Assembly: GCF_963921235.1 (NCBI RefSeq)
Contig: NC_086097.1
Coordinates: forward strand, 3,844,001-3,908,000
From: Mobula hypostoma
Taxonomy: Eukaryota
DNA length: 64,000 nucleotides
Reading direction: 5' to 3'
Numbering within the stretch: position 1 is the stretch's first letter; each line of letters starts with the position of its first letter. Positions 49,469 to 61,689 of the stretch are shown one piece after another. The translations under genes were made by a program, and so were the position numbers. A model generated the notes under the pieces. The model was not told where the DNA came from. It ran no database searches and saw only the letters and a program-made list of their open reading frames with translations.

Positions 49469-50883
49469 ACCAGCCCTGAGCCTGGATTTTCAGACTGGAC
49501 CTGATGAACGTAGAATGTAAGGAAACAACAGTCGATCTAGTAGCTAATGGGCATACCTGCATTTCTACCCTTCATAGCTGCTGTAACTATTGGCCATTAA
49601 CCATTAGACATAGGACCATAATTAGGCCATTTGGCCCATTGAGTCTGCTCCACCATATCATCACAGCTAACTTATTATCCCTCTCAACCCCATTCTCCTA
49701 CCCTCTCCCTATAACTTTACATGCTCTGACTAATCAAGAACCTATCAAATTCCGCTTTAAATATACCCAGTGACTTGGCGTCCGCAGCCATCTGTGACAT
49801 TGAATTCCACAGGTTATCCTCCCTCTGGCTAAAGAAACTCTTCCTTATCTCTATTCTAAATGAGTGTCCCTCTATTCTGAGGCTTTGCCCTTTTGTCCTA
49901 GACTCACCCATATTGGAAAAATCCTCTTCATATCCACTCTATCAAGGGTGCTCAATATTCGATAGGTTTCAATGACATCCCTTTTCATTCTTCTAAACTC
50001 CAGTGAGTACAGGCTGAAAACTATCCATTGTTCCTCATATGCTAAACCTTTCTTGCCCGGAATCATTCTTGAGAATCTCCTCTGGACCTCTCCAATGCCA
50101 GCAAATCTTTCTCAGATAAGGGACCCAATACTCTTAAGTGCGGTCTGAGCAATGCCTTATAAAGCCTCAGCATCACATCTTGCTCTTATATTCCAATCCT
50201 CTCAAAATGAATGCTAACATTGCTTTTGCCTTCCTTACCACAGACTCAACCTGCAAGTTAAGCTTTAGAGTGATTTGCACAAGGACTTTCAAAACCCTTT
50301 GCACCTCTGATATTTGAATTTTCTCCCCATTTCAAAAATGGTCTAAATCTTTATTCCTTCTACAAAAGTGCATGACCATACACTTCCCGACACTGTACTC
50401 CATCTGCCATTGTCTAGACTCCTGCTTCCCCAAAACTACCTGCCCCTTCACCTATTTTCATATTGTCTGTAAGTCTGGCCACCATCAATTCTGTCATCCA
50501 AATCATTGACATATAATGTGAAAAGAAGCAGTCCTAATATCAAACCCTGTGGGACGCTACCTGTCACCAGCAGCCAACCAGAATGGGCCCTGTTTATTCC
50601 CACTCTTTGCCTCCTGCCAATTAGCCAATCTTCTATCCCTGCTGGGATCTTTCCTGTAAAACCATGGGCCCTTATCTTGGTAAACAGCCTAATCTGTAGC
50701 ACTTCGTCAGAGGCCTTCTGGAAATCCAAGTACACAACATCCATTGATTCTCATTTGTCTATCCTGTTATTTCCTCAAAGAATTTCAATAGAGGGATGTG
50801 ATGTTGAGGCTCTATAAGGTGCTGGTGAGACCTCACTTGGAGTACTGTGGGCAGCTTTGGTCTCCTTATTTAAGAAAGCATGA

Positions 50884-51153
50884 AAACATAGAAAACATAG
50901 AAAATAGGTGCAGGAGTAGGCCATTCGGCCCTTCGAGCCTGCACCACCATTTATTATGATCATGGCTAATCATCCAACTCAAAACCCTGCACCAGCCTTC
51001 CCTCCATACCCTCTGATCCCCCTAGCCACAAGGGCCATATCTAACTCGCTCTTAAATATAGCCAATGAACTGGCCTCAACTGTTTCCTGTGGCAGAGAAT
51101 TCCACAGATTCACCACTCTCTGTGTGAAGAAGTTTTTCCTAATCTCAGTCCTA
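50884..51153 (-). mobile_element. Short young CR1 3' end (about 270 bp)
   Basis: Tail aaacatagaaaacatag; RTEIRKNFF..GGKAGAGF*. Confidence 0.93.
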
Positions 51154-54100
51154 AAACATAGAAACATAGAAAATAGGTGCAGGAGTAGGCCATTCGGCCC
51201 TTCGAGCCTGCACCGCCATTTATTATGATCATGGCTGATCATCCAACTCAGAACCCAGCCTTCCCTCCATACCCCGTGACCCCTGTAGCCACAAGGGCCA
51301 TATCTAACTTCCTTTTAAACATAGCTAATGAACTGGCCTCAACAGTTTGCTGTGGCAGAGAATTCCACAGATTCACCACTCTCTGTGTGAAGAAGTTTTT
51401 CCTAACCTCGGTCCTAAAAGGCTTCCCCTCTATCCTCAAACTGTGACCCCTCGTTCTAGACCTCCCCAACATCGGGAACAATCTTCCCGCATCTAGCCTG
51501 TCCAATCCCTTTAGGATCTTATACGTTTCAATCAGATCCCCCCTCAATCTTCTAAATTCCAACGAGTACAAGCCCAGTTCATCCAGTCTTTCTTCATATG
51601 AAAGACCTGCCATCCCAGGAATCAATCTGGTGAACCTTCTTTGTACTCCCTCTATGGAAAGGATGTCTTTCCTCAGATTAGGGGACCAAAACTGCACACA
51701 ATACTCCAGGTGTGGTCTCACCAAGGCCTTGTACAACTGCAGTAGTACCTCCCTGCTCCTGTACTCGAATCCTCTTGCTATAAATGCCAGCATACCATTC
51801 GCCTTTTTCACCGCCTGCTGTACCTGCATGCCCACTTTCAATGACTGGTGTATAATGACACCCAGGTCTCGTTGCACCTCCCCTTTTCCTAATCGGTCAC
51901 CATTCAGATAATAATCTGTTTTCCTATTTTTGCCACCAAAGTGGATAACTTCACATTTATCCACATTAAATTGCATCTGCCATGAATTTGCCCACTCACC
52001 CAACCTATCCAAGTCACCCTGCATCCTCTGAGCATCCACCTCACAGCTAACACTGCCGCCCAGCTTCGTGTCATCCGCAAACTTGGAGATGCTGCATTTA
52101 ATTCCCTCATCCAAGTCATTAATATATATTGTAAACAACTGGGGTCCCAGCACTGAGCCTTGCGGTACCCCACTAGTCACCGCCTGCCATTCTGAAAAGG
52201 TCCCGTTTATTCCCACTCTTTGCTTCCTGTCTGCTAACCAATTCTCCACCCACACCAATACCTTACCCCCAATACCGTTTGCTTTAAGTTTGCACACTAA
52301 TCTCCTGTGTGGGACCTTGTCAAAAGCCTTTTGAAAATCCAAATATACCACATCCACTGGTTCTCCCCTATCCACTCTACTAGTTACATCCTCAAAAAAT
52401 TCTGAGATTCGTCAGACATGATTTTCCTTTCACAAATCCATGCTGACTTTGTCCGATGATTTCACCGCTTTCCAAATGTGCTGTTATCACATCTTTGATA
52501 ACTGACTCCAGCAGTTTCCCCACCACCGACGTTAGGCTAACCAGTCTATAATTCCCCGGTTTCTCTCTCACTCCTTTTTTAAAAAGTGGGGTTACATTAG
52601 CCACCCTCCAATCCTCAGGAACTAGTCCAGAATCTAACGAGTTTTGAAAAATTATCACTAATGCATCCACTGTTTCTTGGGCTACTTCCTTAAGCACTCT
52701 GGGATGCAGACCATCTGGCCCTGGGGATTTATCTGCCTTTAATCCCTTCAATTTACCTAACACCACTTCCCTACTAACATGTATTTCGCTCAATTCCTCC
52801 ATCTCACTGGACCCTCTGTCCCCTACTATTTCTGGAAGATTATTTATGTCCTCCTTAGTGAAGACAGAAGCAAAGTAATTATTCAATTGGTCTGCCATGT
52901 CCTTGCTCCCCATAATCAATTCACCTGTTTCTGTCTGTAGGGGAACCTACATTTGTCTTTACCAGTCTTTTCCTTTTAACATATCTATAAAAGCTTTTAC
53001 AGTCAGTTTTTATGTTCCCTGCCAGTTTTCTCTCATAATCTTTTTTCCCTTTCCTAATTAAGCCCTTTGTCCTCCTCTGCTGAACTCTGAATTTCTCCCA
53101 GTCCTCAGGTGAGCCACTTTTTCTGGCTAATTTGTATGCTTCTTCTTTGGAAGTGATACTATCCCTAATTTCTCTTGTCAGCCACGGGTGCACTACCTTC
53201 CTTGATTTATTCTTTTGCCAAACTGGGATGAACAATTGTTGTAGTTCATCCATGCCATCTTTAAATGCTTGCCATTGCATATCCACCGTCAATCCTTTAA
53301 GTGTCATTTGCCAGTCTATCTTAGCTAATTCACGTCTCATACCTTCAAAGTTACCCCTCTTTAAGTTCAGAACCTTTGTTTCTGAATTAACTATGTCACT
53401 CTCCATCTTAATGAAGAATTCCACCATATTATGGTCACTCTTACCCAAGGGGCCTCTCACGACAAGATTGCTAATTAACCCTTCCTCATTGCTCAAAACC
53501 CAGTCTAGAATAGCCTGCTCTCTAGTTGGTTCCTCGACATGTTGGTTCAAAAAACCATCCTGCATACATTCCAAGAAATCCTCTTCCTCAGCACCTTTAC
53601 CAATTTGGTTCACCCAATCTACATGTAGATTGAAGTCACCCATTATAACTGCTGTTCCTTTATTGCACACATTTCTAATTACCTGTTTAATACCATCCCC
53701 GACCTCACTACTACTGTTAGGTGGCCTGTACACAACTCCCACCAGCGTTTTCTGCCCCTTAGTGTTATGCAGCTCTACCCATATCGATTCCACATCTTCC
53801 CGGCTTATGTCCTTCCTTTCTATTGCGTTAATCTCCTCTTTAACCAGCAACGCCACCCCACCTCCTTTTCTTTCATGTCTATCCCTCTTGAATATTGAAT
53901 ATCCCTGAACATTGAGCTCCCATCCTTGGTCACCCTGGAGCCATGTCTCTGTGATCCCAACTACATCATAATCATTAATAACAATCTGCACTTTCAATTC
54001 ATCCACCTTGTTACGAATGCTCCTGGCATTGACACACAAAGCCTTCAGGCTCTCTTTTACAACTCTCTTAGCCCTTATACAATTATGTTGAAAAGTGGCC

Positions 54101-54834
54101 CTTTTTAATGCTTGCCCTGGATTTGTCGGCCTGCCACTTTTACTTTTCTCCTTTGTACTTTTTGCTTCTACCCTCACTTTACACCCCTCTGTCTCTCTGC
54201 ACTGGTTCCCATCCCCCTGTTGTGAACTAACCTCCTCTCACCTAGCCTCTTTAATTTGATTCCCACCCCCCAACCATTCTAGTTTAAAGTCACCTCAGTA
54301 GCCCTCGCTAATCTCCCTGCCAGGATATTGGTCCCCCTAGGATTCAAGTGTAACCCGTCCTTTTTGTACAGGTCACGCCTGTGCCAAAAGAGGTCCCAAT
54401 GATCCAAAAACTTGAATCCCTACCTTCTGCTCAAATCCCTCAGCCACGCATTTATCCTCCACCTCATCGCATTCCTACTCTCGCTGTCGCGTGGCACAGG
54501 CAGTAATCCCGAGATTACTACCTTTGCGGTCCTTTTTCTCAACTCCCTTCCTAGCTCCCTATATTCTCCTTTCAGGACCTCTTCCCTTTTCCTACCTATG
54601 TCATTGGTACCTATATGTACCACGACCTCTGGCTCCTCACCCTCCCACTTCAGGATATCTTGGACACGATCAGAAATATCCCGGACCCTGGCATCAGGGA
54701 GGCAAACTACCATCCGGGTCTCTGGACTGCGTCCACAGAATCGCCTATCTGACCCCCTTACTATCGAGTCCCCTATCACAACTGCCCTCCTCTTCCTTTC
54801 CCTACCCTTCTGAGCTACAGGGCCGGACTCTGTG
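51154..54834 (-). mobile_element. Young CR1 LINE, 5'-truncated in ORF1, ORF2 with two frameshifts
   Basis: ORF1 esterase; ORF2 pieces 54177-52921, 52919-52392 and 52375-51248; near-identical to 31471-35105 in the opposite orientation. Confidence 0.97.
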
Positions 54835-56084
54835 CTGACGTTGGAGAGGGTGCAGAGAAGATTCACTAGAATGATTCTGGGAATGAGAGGGTTAACATAT
54901 GAGGAACGTTTGTCTGCTCTTGGACTGTATTCCTTGGAGTTTAGAAGAATGAGGGGAGACCTCATAGAAACATTTCGAATGTTGAAAGGCATGGACAGAG
55001 TGGATGTGGCAAAGTTGTTTCCCATGATGGGGGAGTCTAGTACGGGAGGGCATGACTTAAGGATTGAAGGGCGCCCATTCAGAACAGAAATGCGAAGAAA
55101 TTATTTTCGTCAGAGGGTGGTGAATCTATGGAATTTGTTGCACGGGCAGCAGTGGAGGCCAAGTCATTGGGTGTATTTAAGGCAGAGATTGATAGGTATC
55201 TGAGTAGCCAGGGCATCAAAGGTTATGGTGAGAAGGCAGGGGGAGTGGGACTAAATGGGAGAATGGATCAGCTCATGATAAAATGACGGCGCAGACTCGA
55301 TGGGCCGAATGGCGACTTCTGCTCCTTTGTGTTATGGTCTTATGGATTTGTCAGGTAAGATTTCCCCTTAAGGAAACCATGCTGCCCTTGGCCTATTTTA
55401 TCATGTGTCTCCAAGTACTCCGGAACCTCCTCCTTAATAATGGATTCCAACATTTTTCCAAGTACTGAAGACAGGCTAACTGGCCTATAAATTCCTTTCT
55501 TCTGCCATCCTCCCTTCTTAAAGAGTGGAGTGACATATGCAATTTTCTAGTCGCAGAATCAGAATCAGGTTTATTATCACTGGCTTGTGACGTGAAATTT
55601 GTTAGCTTAGCAGCAACAGTTCAATGCAATACATAATATAGAAGAGAAAAAAAAAGATAAAATTAAAATAATAATAGTAGATAAATCAGTTGCGGTATAG
55701 GTATATTGAATAGGTTTTAAAAACATGCAAAAAAACAGAAATGCTGTATATTAAAGAAAAAAGTGAGGTTCTGTCTTCTGGAACCATGCTAGAATCTCGT
55801 GATTCTTGAAAGATCATTACTCATGCCTCCACAATCTCTTCAGCTACCTCTTTCAGAACCCAGGGGTGTCGTCCATCTAGTCCAAGTGACTTATCTGTTT
55901 TCAGTCTTTTCAGCTGCCCAAATGCGAAATCCTTAGTAATGGCGACCACATGCACTTCTACCCCCTGACACCCTTGAATTTCTGGCAAATGGCTAGTGTC
56001 TTCCACAGTGAAAAATGACGCAAAATACTTTTCATGTTCATCTGCCATTAATGGTTGTTTTCAAAATGTGCTTTTGTTTCTTAG

Positions 56085-56201
56085 AGTGAAGAGGTTGGCG
56101 CTCTCCTATTGGCTATTAACAATCTGGCAGATCAGTGCTATTTCAGGCATTATGGGATATTGGAGGAAATGATTATTCTGACAAAACTGAACATGGTAAA
56201 G
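56085..56201 (+). CDS. CCDC197: CCDC197-like exon D (SEEVGALLLAINNLADQCYFRHYGILEEMIILTKLNMVK)
   Basis: ttttgtttcttag acceptor, AAG/gtcaga donor, 117 nt, phase 0-0. I.N.A.QC..KL..IK pattern of the CCDC197/CCDC42 C-terminal region. Confidence 0.85.
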
Positions 56202-56379
56202 GTCAGAACATTTAACTTTTTATTCTATATAAACGTTGTTTCTTCTCCCTGTGCATTGTCAGCCATCACCATTTGGAATTCAACTCATCTAGTTTTGATG
56301 TTCCTGTCTCTCTTATTTCTAGCCTTGTCATTTCCAATGAGTAACTAGTCTTCCTTTCGGGAAATTGCTCCATAGTTTG

Positions 56380-56800
56380 AATGCTCACCTCTCTGCTGGC
56401 GTCAGGAAGAAGATACAGGAACCTCAGGAATCACACCCCCAGGTTCAGGAACAATTATTACCCCTCAACCATCAGGCTCTTGAACAGAGGGGATAACTTC
56501 ACTCATCTTCACTCACCCCACTTCACTGAATTGACTTCACAACCTATGGACTCACTTTTAAGGACTCTACAACTCGTCTTCTTGATATTTATTGCTTATT
56601 TATGTATTATTATCATTATTTTCTTCTCTTTTGTCATTTGCAGTTTGTTGTCTTTTGCACACTGGCTGTTTGTTCATCTCTATTTTGTGTGGATTTTCAT
56701 TGATTCTATTCTGTTTCTTTCTACTTACTGTAAATGCCCATGAGAAAATGAATCTCAGGGTAGTATATGGTGATATATATGTTTTTTGATAATAAATTTA
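56380..56800 (+). mobile_element. Rex1/Babar-L2-type LINE 3' fragment
   Basis: LLASGRRYRNLR..RFRNNYYPSTIRLLN; 3' end aatctcagggtagtatatgg..aataaattt. Confidence 0.8.
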
Positions 56801-57298
56801 ACCATATAACCATATAACAATTACCACACGGAAACAGGCCATCTCGGCCCTTCTAGTCCATGCCGAACTCTTACCCTATCCTATTCCCACTGACCTGCAC
56901 TCAACCCATAACCCTCCATACCTTTCCTGTCCATATATCAATCCAATTTAACTTTAAATGACAACATCGAACCTGCCTCAACCACTTCTGCTGGAAGCTC
57001 GTTCCACACAGCTACCACTCTCTGAGTAATGAAGTTCCCCCTCATGTTACCCCTAAATTTTTGTCCTCTAATTCTCAACCCATGCCCTCTTGTTTGAATC
57101 TTCCCCACTCTCAATGGAAAAAATCTAACCACGTCAACTCTATCAATCCCCCTCATAATTTTAAACACCTCTATCAAGTCTCCCCTCAACCTTCTACGCT
57201 CCAAAGACCTAACTTGTTCAACCTTTCTCTGTAACTTAGGAGATGAAACCCAGGCAACATTTTAGTAAACCTCCTGTACTCTCTCAATTTTATTGACT
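56800..57298 (-). mobile_element. CR1 3' fragment
   Basis: ERRRLRGDLIEVFKIM..TRGHGL..WNELP; tail aaccatataaccatat. Confidence 0.88.
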
Positions 57299-57394
57299 TT
57301 GAACCTTGAACTTTTCAGCTTGCAACTTGCTTATCCAAGGCCCTTCTGTCCGTACTCTAATTCACCCCACTATGACAGTCATCTTAGTTCAGTG

Positions 57395-58090
57395 TTGGGG
57401 TGAGTGAAATTGACTGAAGCTATCCCCTTTATTCAAGAGTCTGTTGGTTGAGGGGTAATAACTGTTCCTGAACCTGATGGTGTGAGTCCTGAGACTCCTG
57501 TACCTTCTTCCTGATGGCAGCAGTGAGAAGGTGGTGGGGGTCCCAGATGATGGATGCTGCTTTCCTGTGATATTACTCCATGTAGATATGCACGATGTTA
57601 GGAAGGACTTTGCCCATGATGGACTGGCCTGAATCCACTAATTTTGTGTAGGATTCTCCATTCAAGGGCATTGGTGTTTCCATACCAGGCTGTGATGCAG
57701 CCAGTCAATATACTCTCCACATCTATAGAAGTTTATTAACATTTTAGATGCCATGCCAAATCCATACAAACTTCTAAGAAAGTAGATACAGGCACTGCCA
57801 TGCCTTCTTTGTAATGACACTTATGAGCTCATCCCAGGAAAGGTCTTCTGAAGTGATAACACTGAGGAACTTAAAGTTGCTGACTCTCTCCACCTCTGAT
57901 CCCTTAATAAGGACCAGGTCAAGGACCTTCAGTTTCCCCCTCCTGTAGTCAATAATCAGCTCTTTGGCTTTGCTGATTGTGAGTGAGGGCTTGTTATGGC
58001 TCCACTCAACCAGATTTTCAATCTCCCTCCGATATGCTGATTGCTCATCACTTCTGATTCAGCCAACAGTAATGGTGTTGTCAAAAAACT
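57395..58090 (-). mobile_element. Rex1/L2-type LINE fragment
   Basis: Reverse complement of the PSGRRYRSL..FRNSYYP region plus upstream RT sequence. Confidence 0.7.
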
Positions 58091-58256
58091 TTACCACATA
58101 TTCTTAAAAACCATCCCTTTAAGTCTTTTGTTAACTTTTCCTAATGTGCTACCACTTTTTGTGGAACAGAGCTCATTAAAGGTCATAGACATGTGCTGTT
58201 AAATATTAACTAGTAAAGGAATACGTATGTTTAGGAAGATAGTTAACTTTAACAGT

Positions 58257-58566
58257 GGGCTCGTGGCCAAGTGGTTAAGGCATTGGACTAGCTACCTGAA
58301 GGTCATGAGTTTGAGCCCCAGCCGAGGGAACGTGTTGTGTCCTTGAGCAAGGCACTTAATCACACATTGCTCTGCGATGACACTGGTGCCAAGCTGTATG
58401 GGTCCTAATGCCCTTCCCTTGGACAACACTGGTGTCATGGAGAGGGGAGACTTGCAGCATGGGCAACTGCCGGTCTTCCATACAACCTTGGCCAGGCCTG
58501 CGCCCTGGAGAGTGAAGACTTTCCAGGCACAGATCCATGGCCTCGCAAGACTAACGGATGCCTTTC
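58257..58566 (+). mobile_element. tRNA-derived SINE with CORE-like domain
   Basis: A box TGGCCAAGTGG, B box GTTTGAGCC, then gtgtccttgagcaaggcacttaa. Confidence 0.85.
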
Positions 58567-59189
58567 TAACTTTAAATCAGTTACCATCTGTCGTGGTTTT
58601 CCTACCGGGCAGCTCGAACCTATTTGGTAAGTGTAATGTATATCAAATTTATCACTAAATCCTACTGAGTAAGAGATATGAATATTCACAGAAATACTCA
58701 TTCTAAATAACAAAGCACATTCAAATTCAAGTTCAAGTTTATTGTCATCTGACTGTACATATATACAACCAATCAAAATAACGTTCCTCCGGACCACAGT
58801 GCACCTACAATACATACGTCATACACAGCACATAAGACAAAGTATTACCATAAATAAGTTAATAAAATATAATTCAACATGTATGTAGTGGGCAGCAGAG
58901 GTAAACAGTAAACTGTACAATAAACAGCTCTCTGACCTCAGTGGTGGCAGAGGATGCACTAGTCTCACAGCCTGAGGGAAGACAGTCCTCGGTCCTGATG
59001 TTCTTTTACTTCCTTCCTGATGCTAGCGGGTCAAAGAGATTGTGGGAGGGGTGGTAGGGATACGCAACTTCGGGCACCTCATACTCAAAGTAAAGCATTG
59101 GAGCTCAGGGCCTGTAAGTTCCTTATAAAAACTCCCAGAAAATATTTGGGAATGTAATATTGAGTTTTACAAAAGTGGGTTGTGCATTT

Positions 59190-59462
59190 TTTTTAAATTT
59201 AGAGCTACAGCATGAAACAGGCACTTACGGTCCTCTGAGCCACACCGCCAGCAATCCTGATTTAAGACTAGCCTAATCACGGGACAATTTACAGTGGCCA
59301 ATTACCCTACTAACTGGTACGTTTTTGGACTGTGGGAGGAAGCTGGAGCAGCCAGTGGAAATCCATGCATTCAATGGCGAGGACGTACAAACTCCTTAGA
59401 GATGGTAGGAGTTGACGTTCTGAGCTGTAGTAGCATTGTGCTAGTCACTACACAATCCAGGT
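59190..59462 (-). mobile_element. HE1/V-SINE-like SINE
   Basis: Homologous to 31075-31320. Confidence 0.6.
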
Positions 59463-59559
59463 GCTCCGTGATCTGAAATAATCAATCCCACAGAAATGTT
59501 ACCAGGTATCCTTATAATAATATCTTAGAGCTGATTTGTGTCCTCTGCTTGTATTACAG

Positions 59560-59748
59560 GAATTCATCGTGGAAAAGAAAACGATTACCCAAATGGCATT
59601 ACACATGGATTCAACAACAATCAGTAGTACCTCAGACCAAATTCAGAATAAACCAGGAGTAACTAATAATGCAAAACAACAGACCAATACGTCTCTCGCA
59701 AATTCTACTAAAATGGTAGCCCAACATAAGAATTTAAAAAGTCATTAA
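59560..59748 (+). CDS. CCDC197: CCDC197-like terminal exon E (EFIVEKK..KNLKSH*)
   Basis: ttgtattacag acceptor, phase 0, 189 nt to TAA; ATTAAA overlaps the stop codon. Confidence 0.8.
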   Translation, partial: EFIVEKKTITQMALHMDSTTISSTSDQIQNKPGVTNNAKQQTNTSLANSTKMVAQHKNLKSH

Positions 59749-59819
59749 ATTCCAATGCTTAATGTTTGTTTCAAAAGAAAATCTGATATTTACCACTGAT
59801 CTACAGAGACTATTAATCT

Positions 59820-60112
59820 ATAGTAGTGTAGCGGGTAGCATGATGCTATTACGGTTTGGGGCATTCCAGAGTTAATCCGGACTGTCTGTAAGGAGTTTGT
59901 ACGTCCTCCCTTTGGAGTGTGTGGTTTTCCCCAGGTGCACTGGTCTCCTCCCACAGTACAAGGACATACCAGGTTAGTCCTGACGAAGGGTCTCAGCCCG
60001 AAACGTTGACTGTACCTCTTCCTAGAGGTGCTGCCTGGCCTGCTGCGTTCACCAGCAACTTTGATGTGTGTTACATACCAGGTAGGTTCACTGGTCATTG
60101 TAGATTGTCCTG
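59820..60112 (+). mobile_element. V-SINE-like element interrupted by an about 100-bp Penelope pLTR insert
   Basis: tRNA-like head and V-like core ggagtttgtacgtcctcc; the insert is flanked by the duplication acataccaggt. Confidence 0.72.
59976..60011 (+). ncRNA. Minimal type I hammerhead ribozyme, sense to the host gene
   Basis: AGTC-CTGACGA-A-GGGtctcagCCC-GAAA-CGTT-GACT; core boxes and stems I and II intact, GUU triplet. Confidence 0.72.
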
Positions 60113-60484
60113 TGAACTGAACTGGACTGAACTATGACCTTTGTGTTTTATCTTCTGTGTTTTTACTCTTTTTTTATGCTGCTGTTTGCATAATGTTTTT
60201 GCACGGGGAGGGGAGGGGGGGGGGCAGGTTTGATGTTTTTCTTTGACCAGATTGGTTCCATGGTTCTTCCTTGTTTGTGAGTGTCTGCGGGGAAGATGAA
60301 TTTCTGGGCCATAAACTACATACATACTTCGATGATAATAAATGTAGTTTGAGTCTTTGATTAGGTTAGGGTTAACCAGAGTTGTGGGGGCGGGATTGAT
60401 AAATAAATAAATAAATACCTGTTAATGTTAGGGGAGAAGTAATTGGCAAAGGGAAGGGATGCAGTGCAGATTCTTTATGTGATT

Positions 60485-61250
60485 GTATTCAGGCAAGGTA
60501 AATGGTAGGGCACTGAGGAGTGCAGTGGAACAGAGGGATCTGGGAATACAGATACAAAATTCCCTAAAAGTGGCCTCACAGGTAGATAGGGTTGTAAAGA
60601 GAGCTTTTGGTACATTGGCCTTTATTAATCAAAGTATTGAGTATAAGAGTTGGAATGTTATGGTGAGGTTGTATAAGGCATTAGTGAGGCCTATTGTATA
60701 CTTGCCTCGAGTATTGTGTTCAGTTTTGGTCACCAAATTACACGAGGGATATAAATAAGGTTGAAAGAGTGCAGAGAAGGTTTACAAGGATGTTGCCAGG
60801 ACTTGAGAAACGCAGTTACAGAGAAAGGTTGAATAGGTTAGGACTTTATTCCCTGGAGTGTAGAAGAATGAGGGGAGATTTGATAGCAGTATATAAAATT
60901 ATGATGGGTATAGATAGAGTGAATGCAAGCAGGCTTTTTCCACTGAGGCAAGGGGAGAAAAAAACCAGAGGACATGGGTTAAGGGTGAGGGGGAAAAGTT
61001 TAAAGGGAACATTAGGGGGGGCTTCTTCACTCAGAGAGTGGTGGGAGTGTGGAATGAGCTGCCAGACAAGATGGTAAATGTGGGCTCACTTTTAACATTT
61101 AAGGAAAACTTGGACAGGTACATGGATGAGAGGTGTATGGAGGGATATGGTCCAGGTGCAGGTCAGTGGGACTAGGCAGAAAAATGATTTGGCACAGCCA
61201 AGAAGGGCCAAAAGGCCTGTTTCTGTGCTGTAATGTTCCATGGTTCTATG
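60485..61250 (+). mobile_element. CR1 3' fragment
   Basis: EQRDLG..LYKALVRP..LEYCVQFWSP..TRGHGL. Confidence 0.9.
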
Positions 61251-61689
61251 ACAAAAGCTGACGAGTACAAAAAACAACTTTCTTGTTCACAAAAGGCAAA
61301 TCAAAAACTTGCAGCAAAACTACAGCTTCAAGATTTTCAATAATAGTTCTTTTAAAACCACAGAGCTTATAGTTGACATGTTTATGAGTGGAAAATAATG
61401 GTCATGTAATATTTAATTTTGTGTATGTGTTACCTTATTTTTATCAAAGTTATGTACATTTGAAAAACACACAACTGAATAGCAAACGATAAATGATGGA
61501 TCATGAAAATGAATGACAGCATGAACATCAATTTCTCCCGGTAATTTTCCTCCTCCCCCTTCCCTCCTTTTCTATTCCTCACTCTGGCCTCTTATTGTTG
61601 GCATTTAATATTTCAGTAATATTTGAGTAATCTTGTATACATAATGGTTGATTAAGCATTCGTTTGTTTAAATAATTCATTATGAGTTA

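Larger units (their letters stand above)
49600..56050 (-). mobile_element. Old CR1 (49600-50780 and 55346-56050) hosting nested CR1 insertions
   Basis: Sequence breaks at cctcaaagaatttcaa (about 50785) and resumes gatttgtcagg (about 55346). A plus-strand CR1 occupies about 50785-50882 and 54831-55345. Confidence 0.85.

Noticed and set aside
58257..58330. Possible tRNA gene
   Set aside because: The B box is mutated and the sequence continues into a CORE-like SINE body, so it is a SINE head.
60361..60378. Telomere-like ttaggttaggg
   Set aside because: Only one true TTAGGG unit.
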